DNA of 58,764 nt, from positions 1 through 58,764 of the forward strand of contig JAUCBJ010004805.1 of NCBI GenBank assembly GCA_032718475.1. The letters run 5' to 3'. Made by a program: the position numbers and the translations under genes. This stretch comes from Nemertoderma westbladi (Eukaryota; Animalia; Xenacoelomorpha). Positions 25,598 through 38,508 of the stretch are shown piece by piece; within the stretch, counting starts at the first letter, position 1, and the number at the start of each line of letters is the position of its first letter. The notes beneath the pieces are model-generated. The model had not been told where the DNA came from, did no database searches, and was given only the letters and a program-made list of their open reading frames with translations.

Positions 25598-27100
25598 ACC
25601 CCCCCCCCCCCCCCCACCCTTCCCAACCACCAATACATAACCGCGACATCTACCACCCACGGAAGGGTAGCACGAACTTATTTCCAATCGCACGTTCAAT
25701 ATGCAAAGCCAGGTGGTGTATAGGAATATAATCAACGCCGTACTCGTCTTAATTATTATAAGCGTCGTTGCCCTCGTCCTGTTTTGTATTTAAATATATT
25801 TCCTAAACGCAGACTGACAATCTTTATAACTATCGATACGTGCAATATGCGAAACCAGGAATGGTTTATAGGTAATATAATCAACGCCGTACTCGTCTTA
25901 ATTATTATAAGCGTCGTTGCGCTCGTCCTAATATATTTCCTAAACGCAGACTGACAATCTTTATAACTATCGATGCATTCAATATGCGAAGCCAGGTATG
26001 GTTTATAGGAATATAATCAACGCAGAACGCAGTACTAAATGCAGTCGATGCAGTAATGATATTCAAATAATTAATTTAATACCAGTACCCTCTGTTAATG
26101 CCTCAGTGTAAAAACTTAGACAATTCAACTACAAAGAAATCCCATCAAAAAATAATAAGCCTAATATTTATGAGGAAAAAACAAGTATGGATATAAGCCT
26201 TCTGCAGTGGTAAAATGTTATTGACTGACATTTATTAAATGAGATCTGTCTAACATGCAATAACACGATAATAGACTGAATAGTAGGGAATGCAGGTTTC
26301 CATCTCGTTAGCTAGCTATGGCCAATCTGTCTACCTGCCATGTATACACGTTCGTGGGGCCTTCGCGCAGCACGAGGCCCAGTTATGAGATACAAATTAA
26401 AATTGAGCGACTGTATCACAAAATCAGTATTTGAGAAATTTACCCACACCACCAATCAAATAAAGAAAGGGGGACAGTACGTGTTCACCCCTTTTAATCG
26501 CCCCCCCCCCCCCACCCTTCCCACCCACCAATACATAACCGCGACATCTACCACCCACGGAAGGGTAGCACGAACTTATTTCCAATCGCACGTTCAATAT
26601 GCAAAGCCAGGTGGTTTATAGGAATATAATAAACGCAGTACTCGTCTTCATTATAAGCCTCGTTGCGTTCGTCCTGTTTTGTATTTAAATATATTTCTTA
26701 AACGCAGGCTGACGATCTTTATAATAATAACTAGGGATGCGTTCAATATGTGAAGCCAGGTGGTTTATATAATAATAATAGTCAACGCAGTACTCGTCTT
26801 CATTATAAGCCTCGTTGTGCTCGTCCTGTTTCGTATTTAAATATATTTCTTAAACGCAGGCTGACGATCTTTATAATAATAATAACAAGGGATGCGTTCA
26901 ATATGTGAAGCCAGGTGGTTTATATAATAAGATAGTCAATGCAGTACTCGTCTTCATTATAAGCCTCGTTGTGCTCGTCCTGTTTTGTATTTAAATATAT
27001 TTCTTAAACGAAGACTGACGATCTTTATAATGCGTTCAATAGGCGAAGCCAGGTATGGTTTTGGTTTATAGGAATATAGTCTACGCAGCACTCGTCCTCA
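25598..27100. repeat. Two arrays of a ~115-135-bp tandem repeat, each preceded by a shared poly-C leader
   Basis: Leader cccttccc..caccaatacataaccgcgacatc at ~25615 and ~26515; repeated unit gttcaatatg..aagccagg...tactcgtctt...ctgacgatctttataa. Confidence 0.85.
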
Positions 27101-27888
27101 TGAGACCGAGTTATAGTGTGGCAATGTAGATGCAGTAGTTGCACCCGACCAGCCGGAAACTCGGAGCAATAGGCCTACTGCTTGTACAATGCGTGTCAAT
27201 TTCAACACCGCCGGGCACTGGGTGATGGCAGAGTGAGATTAAAAAACCGGATTATTTCATCCTCGGTTACGGTTAGTCCAGTTTGCCCGTAGCGGCAGCG
27301 ATACCGAAAGTCGAGGTCAACAGACAGAGGCGGCCTTGGTGGTGAGTTGTTTGATTTCAATTCCAACACTTTTCTGGGCAGCTGGGTAGACTCTGGTAGT
27401 GGGTACCTGAACTTAGAATGCCGGTCAGCTGGTTAGTCCGCATAACTTCCATTGTTGCAGTTGCCGAGTCGATGGATGGTCGGGGTGGTAGGGGTAGGCC
27501 TATTGCTATTGTTGTATTGGCAGATTGATATGTCTGTATGTACATCTACATCTGATTATACCAGTTGCCGGCGCCGTCGGTCGTACCAATACATAGTCTT
27601 TAATTAACATATTTAACCGTTGACAAGAGCAGAAACCGTAAACGAAGAAATTCATTTTCTAGAATTTCGGTATAGGCTAGTGCTGTCGTAGTTCAGTACC
27701 GTACCGGTAGTTCTGTAGTTGGCAGTTCAGCAGTTGCTACCAGTCCGGTTATACTTCTATAGTCTGACAGTAGTCAGGTAGTAGGGTGGTACGGCGGACG
27801 GCGCCAATGGACCCTCTAATCTAATTCAGGACTGCAGTCCAACAGTCCGGAGTCTGCATACTGCATGGCTAATTAGGGCTAATTAGGG

Positions 27889-28185
27889 CAAGTTTGGATA
27901 GATTTCATCGAAGATTGGCCGAGTTATTAACGTTTAAAATTGAACACTGCAAAAAAAGCGACAGAATGACAGGTTGATTAATGGTACCACTACGCTAAGG
28001 CTCACTCACTTCGTGGCTCGCCCCACAGGTTGATTAATGGTACCACTACGCTACGGCTTACTCATTTCGTGGCTCGCCCCACAGATCAACAGAACAACAG
28101 AGCAACAGAACAACAGACACACCGATTGAGTTAGTGGTTCCTGTATGCTAAGCTCACTTACTTTCGTCGCTCGCCCCACAGGTTT
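27889..28185. repeat. Possible Helitron/Helentron-like non-autonomous element end with a 56-bp duplication
   Basis: caagtttggata..tttcat..ttgg..gagttattaac shared with 24133-24177; repeated ctcac..acttcgt.gctcgccccacag. Confidence 0.4.
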
Positions 28186-28259
28186 TATGTGCGTCACTTA
28201 TTTTATATTTAAACCCTGTGAGTATGGCCTGGAGGTGGCCTGTAGGTGATACACGCACA

Positions 28260-29030
28260 CGGTAATCTGGTGGAGTTTGGTACCAAGAAGTCAGTTAATG
28301 TTGGACCACAATTCCTAGGTGAACTGGGCGCTGTGGTTGGAGGAGAGTTCGGTCGGGAGACTGAACCAAGCAATCCAATGGCTGACTAGTGCATGGGCGG
28401 GGCCCAGGTCTCGGTAGTGGAATCGGCAAGCAGAATGGCCTCGGGGTAATGGGTCGTGCAGTCTACCATCATGATAAGGTAGGTGAACCCTTGGGACTCA
28501 GGGAGAGGCCCAACCAAGTCGGCATTGATATGGTTGAACCAGCGCCAGGGGAGATGAAAGGTCTCAATTGGAGCTTTCGTGTGGCGCCGGACTTTGGAGG
28601 TCTCGGAGCGTTGGTTAGGCCGTCCCAGACAAAATGCTCAGAGGGGAGATTCCGAGTTGAGTGGATGGAGGGATGTGATAGCGGAGGGTCGTGGTGGTGC
28701 CACAACTTGGGACGATTGGCTGAGGTGTCCCCATGGAGAAGTCATAGAGAAGTGTGATATCATCTTCCGCAACTGTGACATAACATAGGTGGAAGCTACC
28801 AGGGGGTAACTTGCCCGGACCCATTAGGTCTACGATATGGCGTTGTAGTCGACCCCAAGTTAAGTCGTTATATGGCCCATGAAGCTGCGGGAGAGGGCAT
28901 CTGCAACCTGGTTATCCTTACCATCAATGTGACATACATTAGTGGTGAATTCCGAGATGTATGACAGATGGAGCCGTTGACAGGGAGACCAGGGGTCAGT
29001 GACCTTTGAGAAGGCTTGAGTTAGAGGTTT
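28260..29030 (-). pseudogene. Decayed Gypsy pol fragment (RNase H C-terminus and integrase)
   Basis: KPLTQAF...LSYISEFTTNVCHIDGKDNQVADALSR; FNHINADLVGPLPESQGFTYLIMMVD. Confidence 0.85.
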
Positions 29031-29714
29031 ATGGTATGTGTAGTGTAGGCCATAAAATTACAGCCTTCAGGAATGTATCGGACAATGTATCAGACGGAAT
29101 GTGGTGGACAACAAGGTTCTCGGTCGTAGGTGCTGTACTTCCATTCGGGAGGACGGAGTTGTAGGCTGAAGAACCATAGAATTTCCAATTTGTCATACTC
29201 ATAACGAAGGAATGGCACTGGGCCAAACTAATCCGGGCTAAATCATGGGCTAAACCACACAGTAGCCCCCCCCCCCCCCCCCCCCCCCCGGACAGAAGCC
29301 CCCTGGGATTTAATAGCACAGGAATTCCAAAATTTAATATATTTTTTAGTTTTTTTGGTATTGGTGAATAATCTAGAACAGTAGTAGATATGTTTTTGTA
29401 TGATAGCTACTGTAGTGTAATTTTTGCTAGCTTGTTTTTTTTTAAATCATAAAAATAATGTGAAAAATTGGATATTTCAGGTTTAAACTGTTGCAGAATA
29501 TATTAATGACCAAATTCAAAAAAAAACTAGCTACCGTACAATAAAAAATATCAACTAAGGTTCTAGAAAATTCACCAATATCAAAAAAACACTGATTATG
29601 ACAATGATCAACAATGAGCCCAGCACCATCAACCACCTATCAATTTAAACAGATTCAGTACCAGGGGCGTATCAATACAACTCCTGGTTGGTTTTCTCCG
29701 GTAGCCAGTAGTCA

Positions 29715-31195
29715 CTGAGCCAGGCGGGAGGGAGGCGCCCTTGCACTGTAAGGGCCATCTCAACTGAAGTATTTGTTATCCCTGATGATGGGAACAAGCG
29801 GTCAGCTAGCGAGGAGCAGGCAGCCGTGGAAGCGAGAAAGGCAGATTGCGCGAGCTGCACAGCAGAATTCAAACCGAGGCTAATGGGGAAGCAAGCCTGG
29901 GCCCAGGCTGAGTTATCCACCCTGGTGTTTGCTGTATCACATGAACATACCGAAAGCAGGGAGCCGTCCTGAGTAAGTATGTTAACCGAGGTATGGCTAA
30001 CGAATTCTTCAGGAGAAAGAAACAGTGTGCACATCAAGGTATGGCAAACGACTAATGAGGGTGGACAGATTACTCACCTTCGATGTAAGGCAGGTCTCGA
30101 TTGCTGCATCACCAATAAGGGCACCCAACATAATGAGCTGGTTAAGAGGAAATCTGATTCCTGGACAGGCAGCACTGAAGTTTGCCTGGATCTGGGACCG
30201 AGACTCCTCCGTCTCCAGCCACAGAAACAACACCTCACTCTTCCCAGGGTTTATTTCTAATCCAAGCCTCCTCCCATCCTCAGAGATCCTATGAAGGTCA
30301 TGCAGAACCACACCGAAATCGTCAGCAACAGTTCTATCAGCCAGGTACCCTACATTGAAGGAATACTCCAATGACTGGATGAGGGGGTTAATACTTAATA
30401 GTGTTGCGGAAAAGGGGTGGCCCTTCTGGGTCACCTTGTTGGACACCCTCTTTCGAGAGAAGGACTTTGTCTCCATGGATAAGGAAGGAAGCTTCCCCAT
30501 AAGCACTTAGGGTGTATTTATAGATATCTGGGTAGAGATCATGAACTGCCTCTAGAATGGCATCCCTCCGGATGGAGTTAAATCCATTGCTGACGTTCAG
30601 CAATCTATGTATGTGATGTATATTTATTTAATAAATCTGATGAACAGATCAACTCAAATTTTTAGCACAATGTTAAGTACCTACTAACAAGCAGAACCGT
30701 ATACAATATAAAATATGTTCAAAAACAAAACAATAGAACTAACAATGATTAACACCCAGCACCCTCAACTACCTATCAATTAAAACAGATTCAGTACCAG
30801 GGGCATAGCAATACAATTCCTGACTGGTTTTCTCTGGTAGCCAGTGCCCTCACTGCGTGGCTAGCTGCCTCAGCACCTAATTTGCAACCGATTCCCAACT
30901 GGGTGATGCCGTAGTATTGGGAATGCCGCTCTGCCACAACATGTCCCACAAACTTTGAGCATAGTCACCAGTGGGTGACTCCAAATGTTATAGGGCGAAT
31001 GCCTGGACTTGATTTCGTGAAGGCGAGCAAGTTTGCACCAAAGAAGAGGGGGTGGACAATGATGGCACCCGCCCTGCGACTGATACATCGATTAACCTCG
31101 ACAGGGACAAGAACAGGCGCTCACCAGCTTCACCATTGGTGGGGTTCACGAGGTCTTTCAGTAATTGAGGGCAAATGCCATCTGGCCCACCCACA
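29715..31195 (-). pseudogene. Decayed, interrupted CRE-like non-LTR RT (second lineage)
   Basis: GGPDG..QLLKDL; NVSNGFNSIRR; GVQQGDPEGPPLF; GYLAD; LGLEINPGKSE; LAQSAFLAS. Confidence 0.75.
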
Positions 31196-31398
31196 CAACC
31201 TACTATAAAATTAATTAAAAATTACACCAAATAACATTTTTTAAATTTTCATAATGCAGTTTTGTATATTAAAACATTAATTATTTTTTTTTAATTATAA
31301 TGAACAACTATATTAATATCAAAGCACAAGATGACGATTACAACAATTTCCAACATATTACAACATTACATTTTATTAGTAGTGTTCCACGAGTCCAA

Positions 31399-31503
31399 CC
31401 CCATGGAGCCCGGCTCCATCCCCAAAATCAAACCCACGCCACGACCGCTAACCCCCATGGAGCCCGGCTCCATCCCCAAAATCAAACCCACGCCACGACC
31501 GCT
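31399..31503. repeat. 54-bp tandem duplication
   Basis: ccccatggagcccggctccatccccaaaatcaaacccacgccacgaccgct at 31399 and 31453. Confidence 0.9.
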
Positions 31504-34022
31504 GACCACCATGAAAGCAGAAGGAACTGGACTGGTGGAGTGCGAATTGCAACCTGCAGCGGATGCACTCCAACACTCACACGAGGTTCCTCTCTCGCAA
31601 GCATCTCACCTTGCCACAAGTATCTCGGCAAGATGATGGATTAGAATCTGGGCCACGGGAACCAGGCACCATCATTGGTGATCGGTGGTGCCAATCAGAG
31701 GGGTAAAGGAAATCCACCGGTCTTTGCAGACTTTTCGTAGTGCAGCTACATTAGCCGACACCACTGCTCCAGAAAGGAGTCAGTGGAACGGCTTGTCTTG
31801 GCATAAGAGGTGGCATCAACTTTTTCAACTGCAATATCAAAAAATGCCACTACTCTCTGTAAGCGGATCCAATTCGCTGCACCACCCAGTGGAAAATGGG
31901 GAAAGTGGCTTTTTACCAATTATAGTTGGCTAGGTGACATTAGAAATATAATGTCACCTCACCTAACAACCAACGAAGGCAACATACATTGCCGGCCACA
32001 AGGAGAGATGAGATGCTACAAACCATCTCAGGGGGACGAAGGAAGCTAACACGTGGGTATCAGAGAACAGGGAGTGCCAATGGAAGGGAGAATAGGATAG
32101 CCAATGGTGGGACAGTAAACCATCTGATAGGGATGCATCCATTTGCCAGGCCAAGTACCAAGTAGTAATATTCCGTATGTGTTAGTAATATAACCGTTGC
32201 CTTTATTACCTGTTGTTCAGTTGGTTTGTGTAGAGCTGTGGAAGCAAGACGGTTTAGACCGTCGACATTAACCATGCTATTATTGTATACTGATTGTGCT
32301 ATTATTGTATTCTGACATTATGAACAACTGCCACTAAAACTCAGTTATTCTATCGGCCTCCAGCCTTTCAGATACCTCAAGCCTATCAGCAGCCAGCGGA
32401 CGTGGAGACGTGTACTATCCCAAAGCAAACACACTGGTCGGGATTCCCTCGCCAACTCGGGGGATCCCGTCACACTCTCTGGTTAGCCCATATGGTGCCA
32501 CCACGTCCGCCCGCACTCACCCGACGTCACGATCTTCCCGATCTAGGTGACCCCGGGAGAGTGTCACCTCCCTTTATAACGAACCTGCCTATTAATAGGC
32601 CAGGATAGTTCTTGTCAAGAGTTGAGCCGTTCAAAAACACTATTACTGTCTGATTGATTGTCTGATTGATTACTGTCTGGGATAGAGTGAGAGAGTAATA
32701 AATTTAGCAAGTACTTCTCTGCAGTTTGGGCCTATCCATATCGTCTATCGTTGGCATTTTAACACTCGCTTCGCTCGCTAAAAACCTGCCAACTCTTGTA
32801 AAATTCAACCACTCCGACAGAATAGTTGAATTTCGCTAAATTGAAAATGAGTGAAAAAAAGCGGTGTTTTCCGCTTCCTTTTTTTTATCGAATAATAGTC
32901 CTATATTGCCCGGATATACGATACGTGTGTGATATCCAACAAATGTGCACAGGTATGGGCAAGATTATTACGCTTTCTCCTGGTTATTTTTCTTGTTGTT
33001 AATTTATTTGAACATAATATTGTTTATTCCAACGAAATTTAGGTTAGAGAACTTAATCACAATTGATTTTTGCTACGGCTTTCTCTACATACATTGCTGT
33101 GAAGTAACATTGAATTAATTAAACATCACGAAGCGTAGGGAAGTTGGATAGTATTATGGTACTATTGATTTTTGCCGCTAAGATATTCTTCTCAAGTTGT
33201 GGAAGTTGTACTGCAATGTAGCTACCAAACTTATTATATACTTTACAACACCATCAACTCATCATGGACTTGTCGTAACTGCAGTTCACAGAACTGTGTG
33301 TGTATGCTTTAATTATGTCTACTGTATCCATGTTAGATTCATGTTAATGTTTTCAGAAATGAATTATTTAGTCATTGATATTAATGATTTTCAATTGAGA
33401 CAATGCTTCCTTCTACTGTATTATAAATATGGCATGTATTTGGTTTAAAGTGAAAACATATATTTCTCCCAGATTGCGCGGTTTATTTATTAGAGATTTT
33501 AATCTCTTTCTATTTAGGCGATAATATAAACATACATACGGTACTTATGTGAATATAACCCCCCCCCCCCCGCCCCTCATTGCGACTAGCTGACTAAAAT
33601 ATAGATAATATATATTCAAACTTAAACTTCAGAAATTGATCAATTTATGAATTATTAAGCCCCCTAATGAAACGTTTCGTTTCGTTTAGATATTTTTACA
33701 AATAAATACTTACAGTAATACATAATACTTAGAATATTTACAAATACTGTAGTATTGTATTTAGCGGTAGTAAATTTTGAAAGGATTTGTCGTCGAAAAT
33801 ACTATTTCAATTGAAAATTAATACCGCAAAAGAGTCAACGATTTTATGATGTAGTTAATGATGTTCTACCTCATTCATCATCCTTATCCTCATTCCTCAT
33901 TCCATTTAAGAATATTAACTGTATAATTGTTTTTGTTAGTAACCTATTCGCATACATTGTAATACGATTTAAGTCAAAGAAAGCACTTATATTGCAACTT
34001 TGATGAGCGCAGCGCAATTATC

Positions 34023-34715
34023 ATGCGAAGATCAGTTTGGTTTTATGAGTTCAGACTCATTCAAGGTGTTTGTATAGCAATACACTGCGCAATTGTATTT
34101 AGCACCTCGTGTAAAATTGGTCACATATACAATTTTGCAAGTGAAAAGAAAGAGTTCCAACAAAAGTACCAATCCCATATGGATCGCTTAATATCGGTCA
34201 ACTGGGGAGACACAACACCCATCATCGTAGATGGTTGCAATGAATGCGGGGTTCTCGCGATGAGATTCTTCGGATACTCCTTGGTGGACGATGTCAAATA
34301 CAACGGCATGTTTGAATGGATTGGATACGGTTGCAAGATGAACAACACCGAGCATTCCTCCTGTGATAAGTTGCCCTCAGGTGCTCCATGCGAGGCAATA
34401 TTTAGCGATCCCGAGCTGGCAAATAGAGTGATGGAAGGAAAAGGAGATACTTTCACCAAAGTCAGAAATTATCTCAATTTAGAATTAACAACAACAAAGG
34501 AGATTTGTCAGCTTGCTTGTTGTAACAGCACTTGGGACTGCCCAACTTTCGTCTGGGACGAAGCCGACACCTTTACCGTTCGTACAACATCCGAAGCTGC
34601 AGCTACTGATGATGAAACCAGTACCGTAACCACAGCTACCAGTATTTCTGAAAACATCGTACCGTCAATGGTTCAACTAGCCGTGGTTATATGCAAAATT
34701 TGCGGATTGTTCTAG
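34023..34715 (+). CDS. Cys-rich, putatively secreted/GPI-anchored protein (Ly6/three-finger-like), intronless
   Basis: 230-aa ATG ORF; hydrophobic N-terminal stretch; 10 Cys in the mature part ending CQLACCNSTWDC; Thr-rich linker; hydrophobic C-terminus; aataaa just after the stop. Confidence 0.65.
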   Translation: MRRSVWFYEFRLIQGVCIAIHCAIVFSTSCKIGHIYNFASEKKEFQQKYQSHMDRLISVNWGDTTPIIVDGCNECGVLAMRFFGYSLVDDVKYNGMFEWIGYGCKMNNTEHSSCDKLPSGAPCEAIFSDPELANRVMEGKGDTFTKVRNYLNLELTTTKEICQLACCNSTWDCPTFVWDEADTFTVRTTSEAAATDDETSTVTTATSISENIVPSMVQLAVVICKICGLF

Positions 34716-34820
34716 ATTTCGGATATGAAATAAATTCACAAACTTGACATTAAAGTATAATATTATTCAATATAACATTATTAGGTTATATCATATTCAA
34801 AGGCGTTATTACATTATTGT

Positions 34821-37800
34821 TTTTTTTTTACAAAAATCACATAATCTATAATTGGTCTATTAAACAATTAATTAATACAATATTAAAGTAACGAACAAAC
34901 AATTAAAAGCAATTAAAAATCGCACCACCAAGGAATAGCAAGAATGCCACCACCAAATCAGTAATTATCTGGTAAGTCAGACCCACGCAGACCAGCTCCG
35001 TTCCCGAACCCGAGACACCTCCAGGACCGCCGACCCCCACGCAAACACAGGGAGTTGGAGCGGAGGAGCGCGAACTGAAGCCGCCTCCGAACTCCCCCGA
35101 GAACGCAAGCAAGGCCACGTTCCCGCATCCCCTGCCGCCGGGCAACGAGGGTCTCAGCGAGGTGGCGGATCAGGATCTCTGCCTCCTTGCACCACACCCC
35201 GTCGGTGGTACCTACTAGGGGGGTGAAGGAGATCCTCCTGTCCTCGCACACCGCGCTATAATGGACCTTCTTGGCGCGAACCCGTTGTTCTAGAACGGAG
35301 TCTACGGACCGGTTGGAATAAGAGGGGGCGTCGGCGTTTACAACCGCAATGTCGAAAGACGCCACCCTCTGATTGGCCCAGACTCCTCGCGCCAAAAGAT
35401 CAGCCCTGACCCCACCGACCTCGCGACCCAGTCTGTCCAGGTAACCAGTGGACAGTGTTACCTCCCTCTGGACCGACGAGCCGCCAAAGGCGGACGCGAT
35501 GAGATCACCAAAAACCTCACGCACCTCATCATGCCGCTTTATAACAAGGCCTCCCGACTTGCAATTAAGTGCGTGGGTTGTTGTGAACGGGTCCCCACAC
35601 CCCTCACACTTTGCCGGGAGGCCCGGCGGCGTCAGACCATACCTCAGGGCAAGGTTGTCCCGGAATACCTCCGGGTCCAGGTCCGTGTGGTCTACCACGG
35701 AAGGCTGAGCCGTTAACCAACCCCCCGTCTTGTGGGATACAGTACTCCCACCGTACGGCATCGATCAGCAGGGATGGCTTGGAGGGCGTCTAACTGTCTA
35801 GCCTTGTAGGCTGCATCCTGAGCGATCCGGCTCTTGGCAAGGGCCGAGGCGAGACAGACTGCATGGTCCGCGACAAGGAGGGGGTGTCCAGTGGTTAGGG
35901 TGTCTACAACCCCGACAGTCCCGGCGAGCAACGCCTCCCGGGCGTGCCCCCGGCGCAATAGTGGGTCCCGGATCCCAATGCCGCCATGTCGGACAGGGAG
36001 TAACAGGAGATCTCCCTCACCCATCCCAGACGTACCGAACAGAGCCGGGACGAACTGGCGCAGGAGCGCCGACCGGATGGGTTCCAGATCCTCCTCGTCT
36101 GTCTCCACCACCCGTAACAGGTAGTCCCACTCCGCCTGGACACACCTGGTCAACCCAGCGTGGGCAGTCTGTGGGAACTCCTCGGCCACCTCGGCGAGTC
36201 GACCTATACTCCGGACCCACCCGGACACCTTCTCGGCGATGAACTCGCGTAAACCCAGCGGGTCTCCCACGTAACCCCCCAGGAAACGGTGCCCTGAAAC
36301 AATCCGGACCCCAAACTTCCCAAACGACTCTCGCGCCCTCTCGGCAAACTCGGGTTTCACCACCAAGTAGGTCTTGGTGGGTTCCGGGTTGTACCCGATT
36401 CGTGGCCCAACACAGAGAAGCTTCTCCCACCAACTCAACACACCGATGATGGAACCGGCTGATGAAGCATCATCAGCATACCAGCACTGCCTTTGGGAGG
36501 CAACGGGGCTGCCGGAGCCGGGTTGAGCCAATGTCTGGGAGCAGGGTTGAGACAGCGACGAGGTGCCGGGTTGAGACAGCGGCGGGATGCCGGAATACAC
36601 TAGCAACGGAGTGCTGGCGCCGGGTTGTGTTAACGTAGGGGTACCGGGTTGTGTCAGCAATGGGGTGGCGGGTTTAGACGGTTGGGAGCTGGGTTGAATG
36701 GCGGGGTGCCGGGTGGGAGTGGCGGCTGCGACTGAGTGATGGGTTCAACCGCTCTGGTGCGTACCTCAACTTCCCGCATCGACCTAATCAAGGGAAGAGT
36801 CCCGCAACCGTACCCTAGCATGGCAGCCGGATCACCCTGCATGTACCCCTCCCTGCTCCACAGCGGTTTATTGGACCCCTGTAGATATAGGGCTGCGTGG
36901 CCATTGTACGCATTGAAAAGGTACCGGGAGCACCGGTGCCAGTACACGCGCGCGTTCCACAGGGCAACCGGACGGCTGAGACTGTTGAACGCGTTTGAAG
37001 CATCGACGAGGAGCATGCACTCGGTGGATTCTTCTTCGTACAGCGCCGACATCGCGTGGACTGCACCTTCGATGCCTGCCTTCACTCCGGCGCACAGTTG
37101 GTCCGCCCCGCACTCCGTAATAAAATCCATCTTGGTGGCGGCTGTAAGGCAGTTGGTTAAGAGACGATACAGGACCTCCCCGATGCCGATGGGACGGACA
37201 CCGGGCTCCTTGTCGATCCCGATGAGTCGGCAAGCCCGGAGCGCACAAATCTCACCCCAAGGAACCAGCGTGTTGGCAAGACGCCTAGCCAACCCGGCGA
37301 CGGCCTCACGGAGGCGTGCACTGTGTGCCTCGTAGCGGGTTAGCAGCGCACTCCAAAGTTCGGCGTCTCCGCCGATCGGACCAGCCCCACCCCGCAGAGC
37401 ACGAGTTACCTTGAGGACGAGTTGCCCCGTGATGTCGACGTCCTCGAAGGTGGGCAACTCATCGCAGGGCTCGAACGCATCTGGAGATACATCCAATTGG
37501 AGCGGGTGTTTCTCCGAGAGGACGTCGCGAATGGTAACCCCAGGTGGTCGTCCCTCAGCCTGGGCATCCGGATCTAAAATCCCACCTCTGTCCCTGTCTG
37601 TGATGAGGTGGACGGCAGCCCGGTTCTGTCCAGCCAGAATTTTTCTATTAAAAACTCGGGCTGGGGTCTGTTGACCACCAGATCCTCGGGACTTGGCGAA
37701 TTTCATGCTGCAACGCTCCGATTCGACCACCAGCTGGTTGAACTCCTCACGCTCCCACATACCTATCCGACGCAATAGGGTGCGCCGGATATCCGCGCTC

Positions 37801-38508
37801 TTCTTCACCATTGGGTCTCGTTGAAACACGACTGCGATGAAGCAGAGGGGCCGTTCCGAGGGGTGTATCCCATCTGTCAGGAACTCCAGCTCGCGGGCCA
37901 AGAAATCGGCGATCTTCCGACCAACATTCCCACCCGGCACTATGTACTAATGTCCCGGAAGGAGAGTGAGACGGGAGTACCGATCCTCCCAGGCCAGATC
38001 AGTCGATGAACCAGGAGAGTTCAGCCAGGGACCACCAAACGCCGACTCCAACCGATCCTGTGTTGAAAGGGATGGGGAAGAAGCCGAGGTCGAAGAAGGT
38101 GTGGATCCACCTGGAGCAGACGAGTGTCTGTCACAGGAGCGCCTAGCCGGTATTTGTGTGATAACCGCACTTGAGAATGAGTCTGTGTCGGAGTCAGAGT
38201 CGGAGTCATCCCCATGAATGGAGGAATCAGAAACTTTTGAGTCTACCATAACCGGATTCTGATGCGGGTTCAGATAGCCGCCCGAAGACAGCGGTGCACA
38301 GCCAACACATGGCTGGCCGGAACGGACACAGCGGCATCGACTCGTGGGGCCACAAGCGCGGACGGAACACTGGCAACAACGCTGCGAGCCTTGAGACATC
38401 CAATTAAATCAATTTAAATAAGTTAATTCAGTATTTAGTTCAGTTGAGCGTACGGTTCGGGTGGTTAGGCAGTCAGGCCTCATGAACTCTCAATCATGAT
38501 ACATTATG
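34821..38508 (-). mobile_element. Full-length CRE-clade non-LTR retrotransposon (RT plus restriction-like endonuclease)
   Basis: 13-bp TSD attacattattgt at 34808-34820 and 38509-38521; poly(A) at the 3' end; single decayed ORF. Confidence 0.92.
34958..38399 (-). pseudogene. CRE ORF: N-terminal Cys cluster, RT, CCHC finger and REL endonuclease (1 stop, 2 frameshifts)
   Basis: GVRPIGIGE; DASNAFN; QGDP; WYADD; FLGGY; CEGC..HALNC; RHDEVR; RADL..FDIAV..KKVHY. Confidence 0.92.

Noticed and set aside
32400-32640. Self-cleaving ribozyme at a retroelement 5' end
   Set aside because: GC-rich with hairpins, but no HDV or hammerhead core could be assembled by eye; needs a covariance-model search
35448-38217. 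Many plus-strand ORFs
   Set aside because: Antisense shadows of the GC-rich CRE ORF
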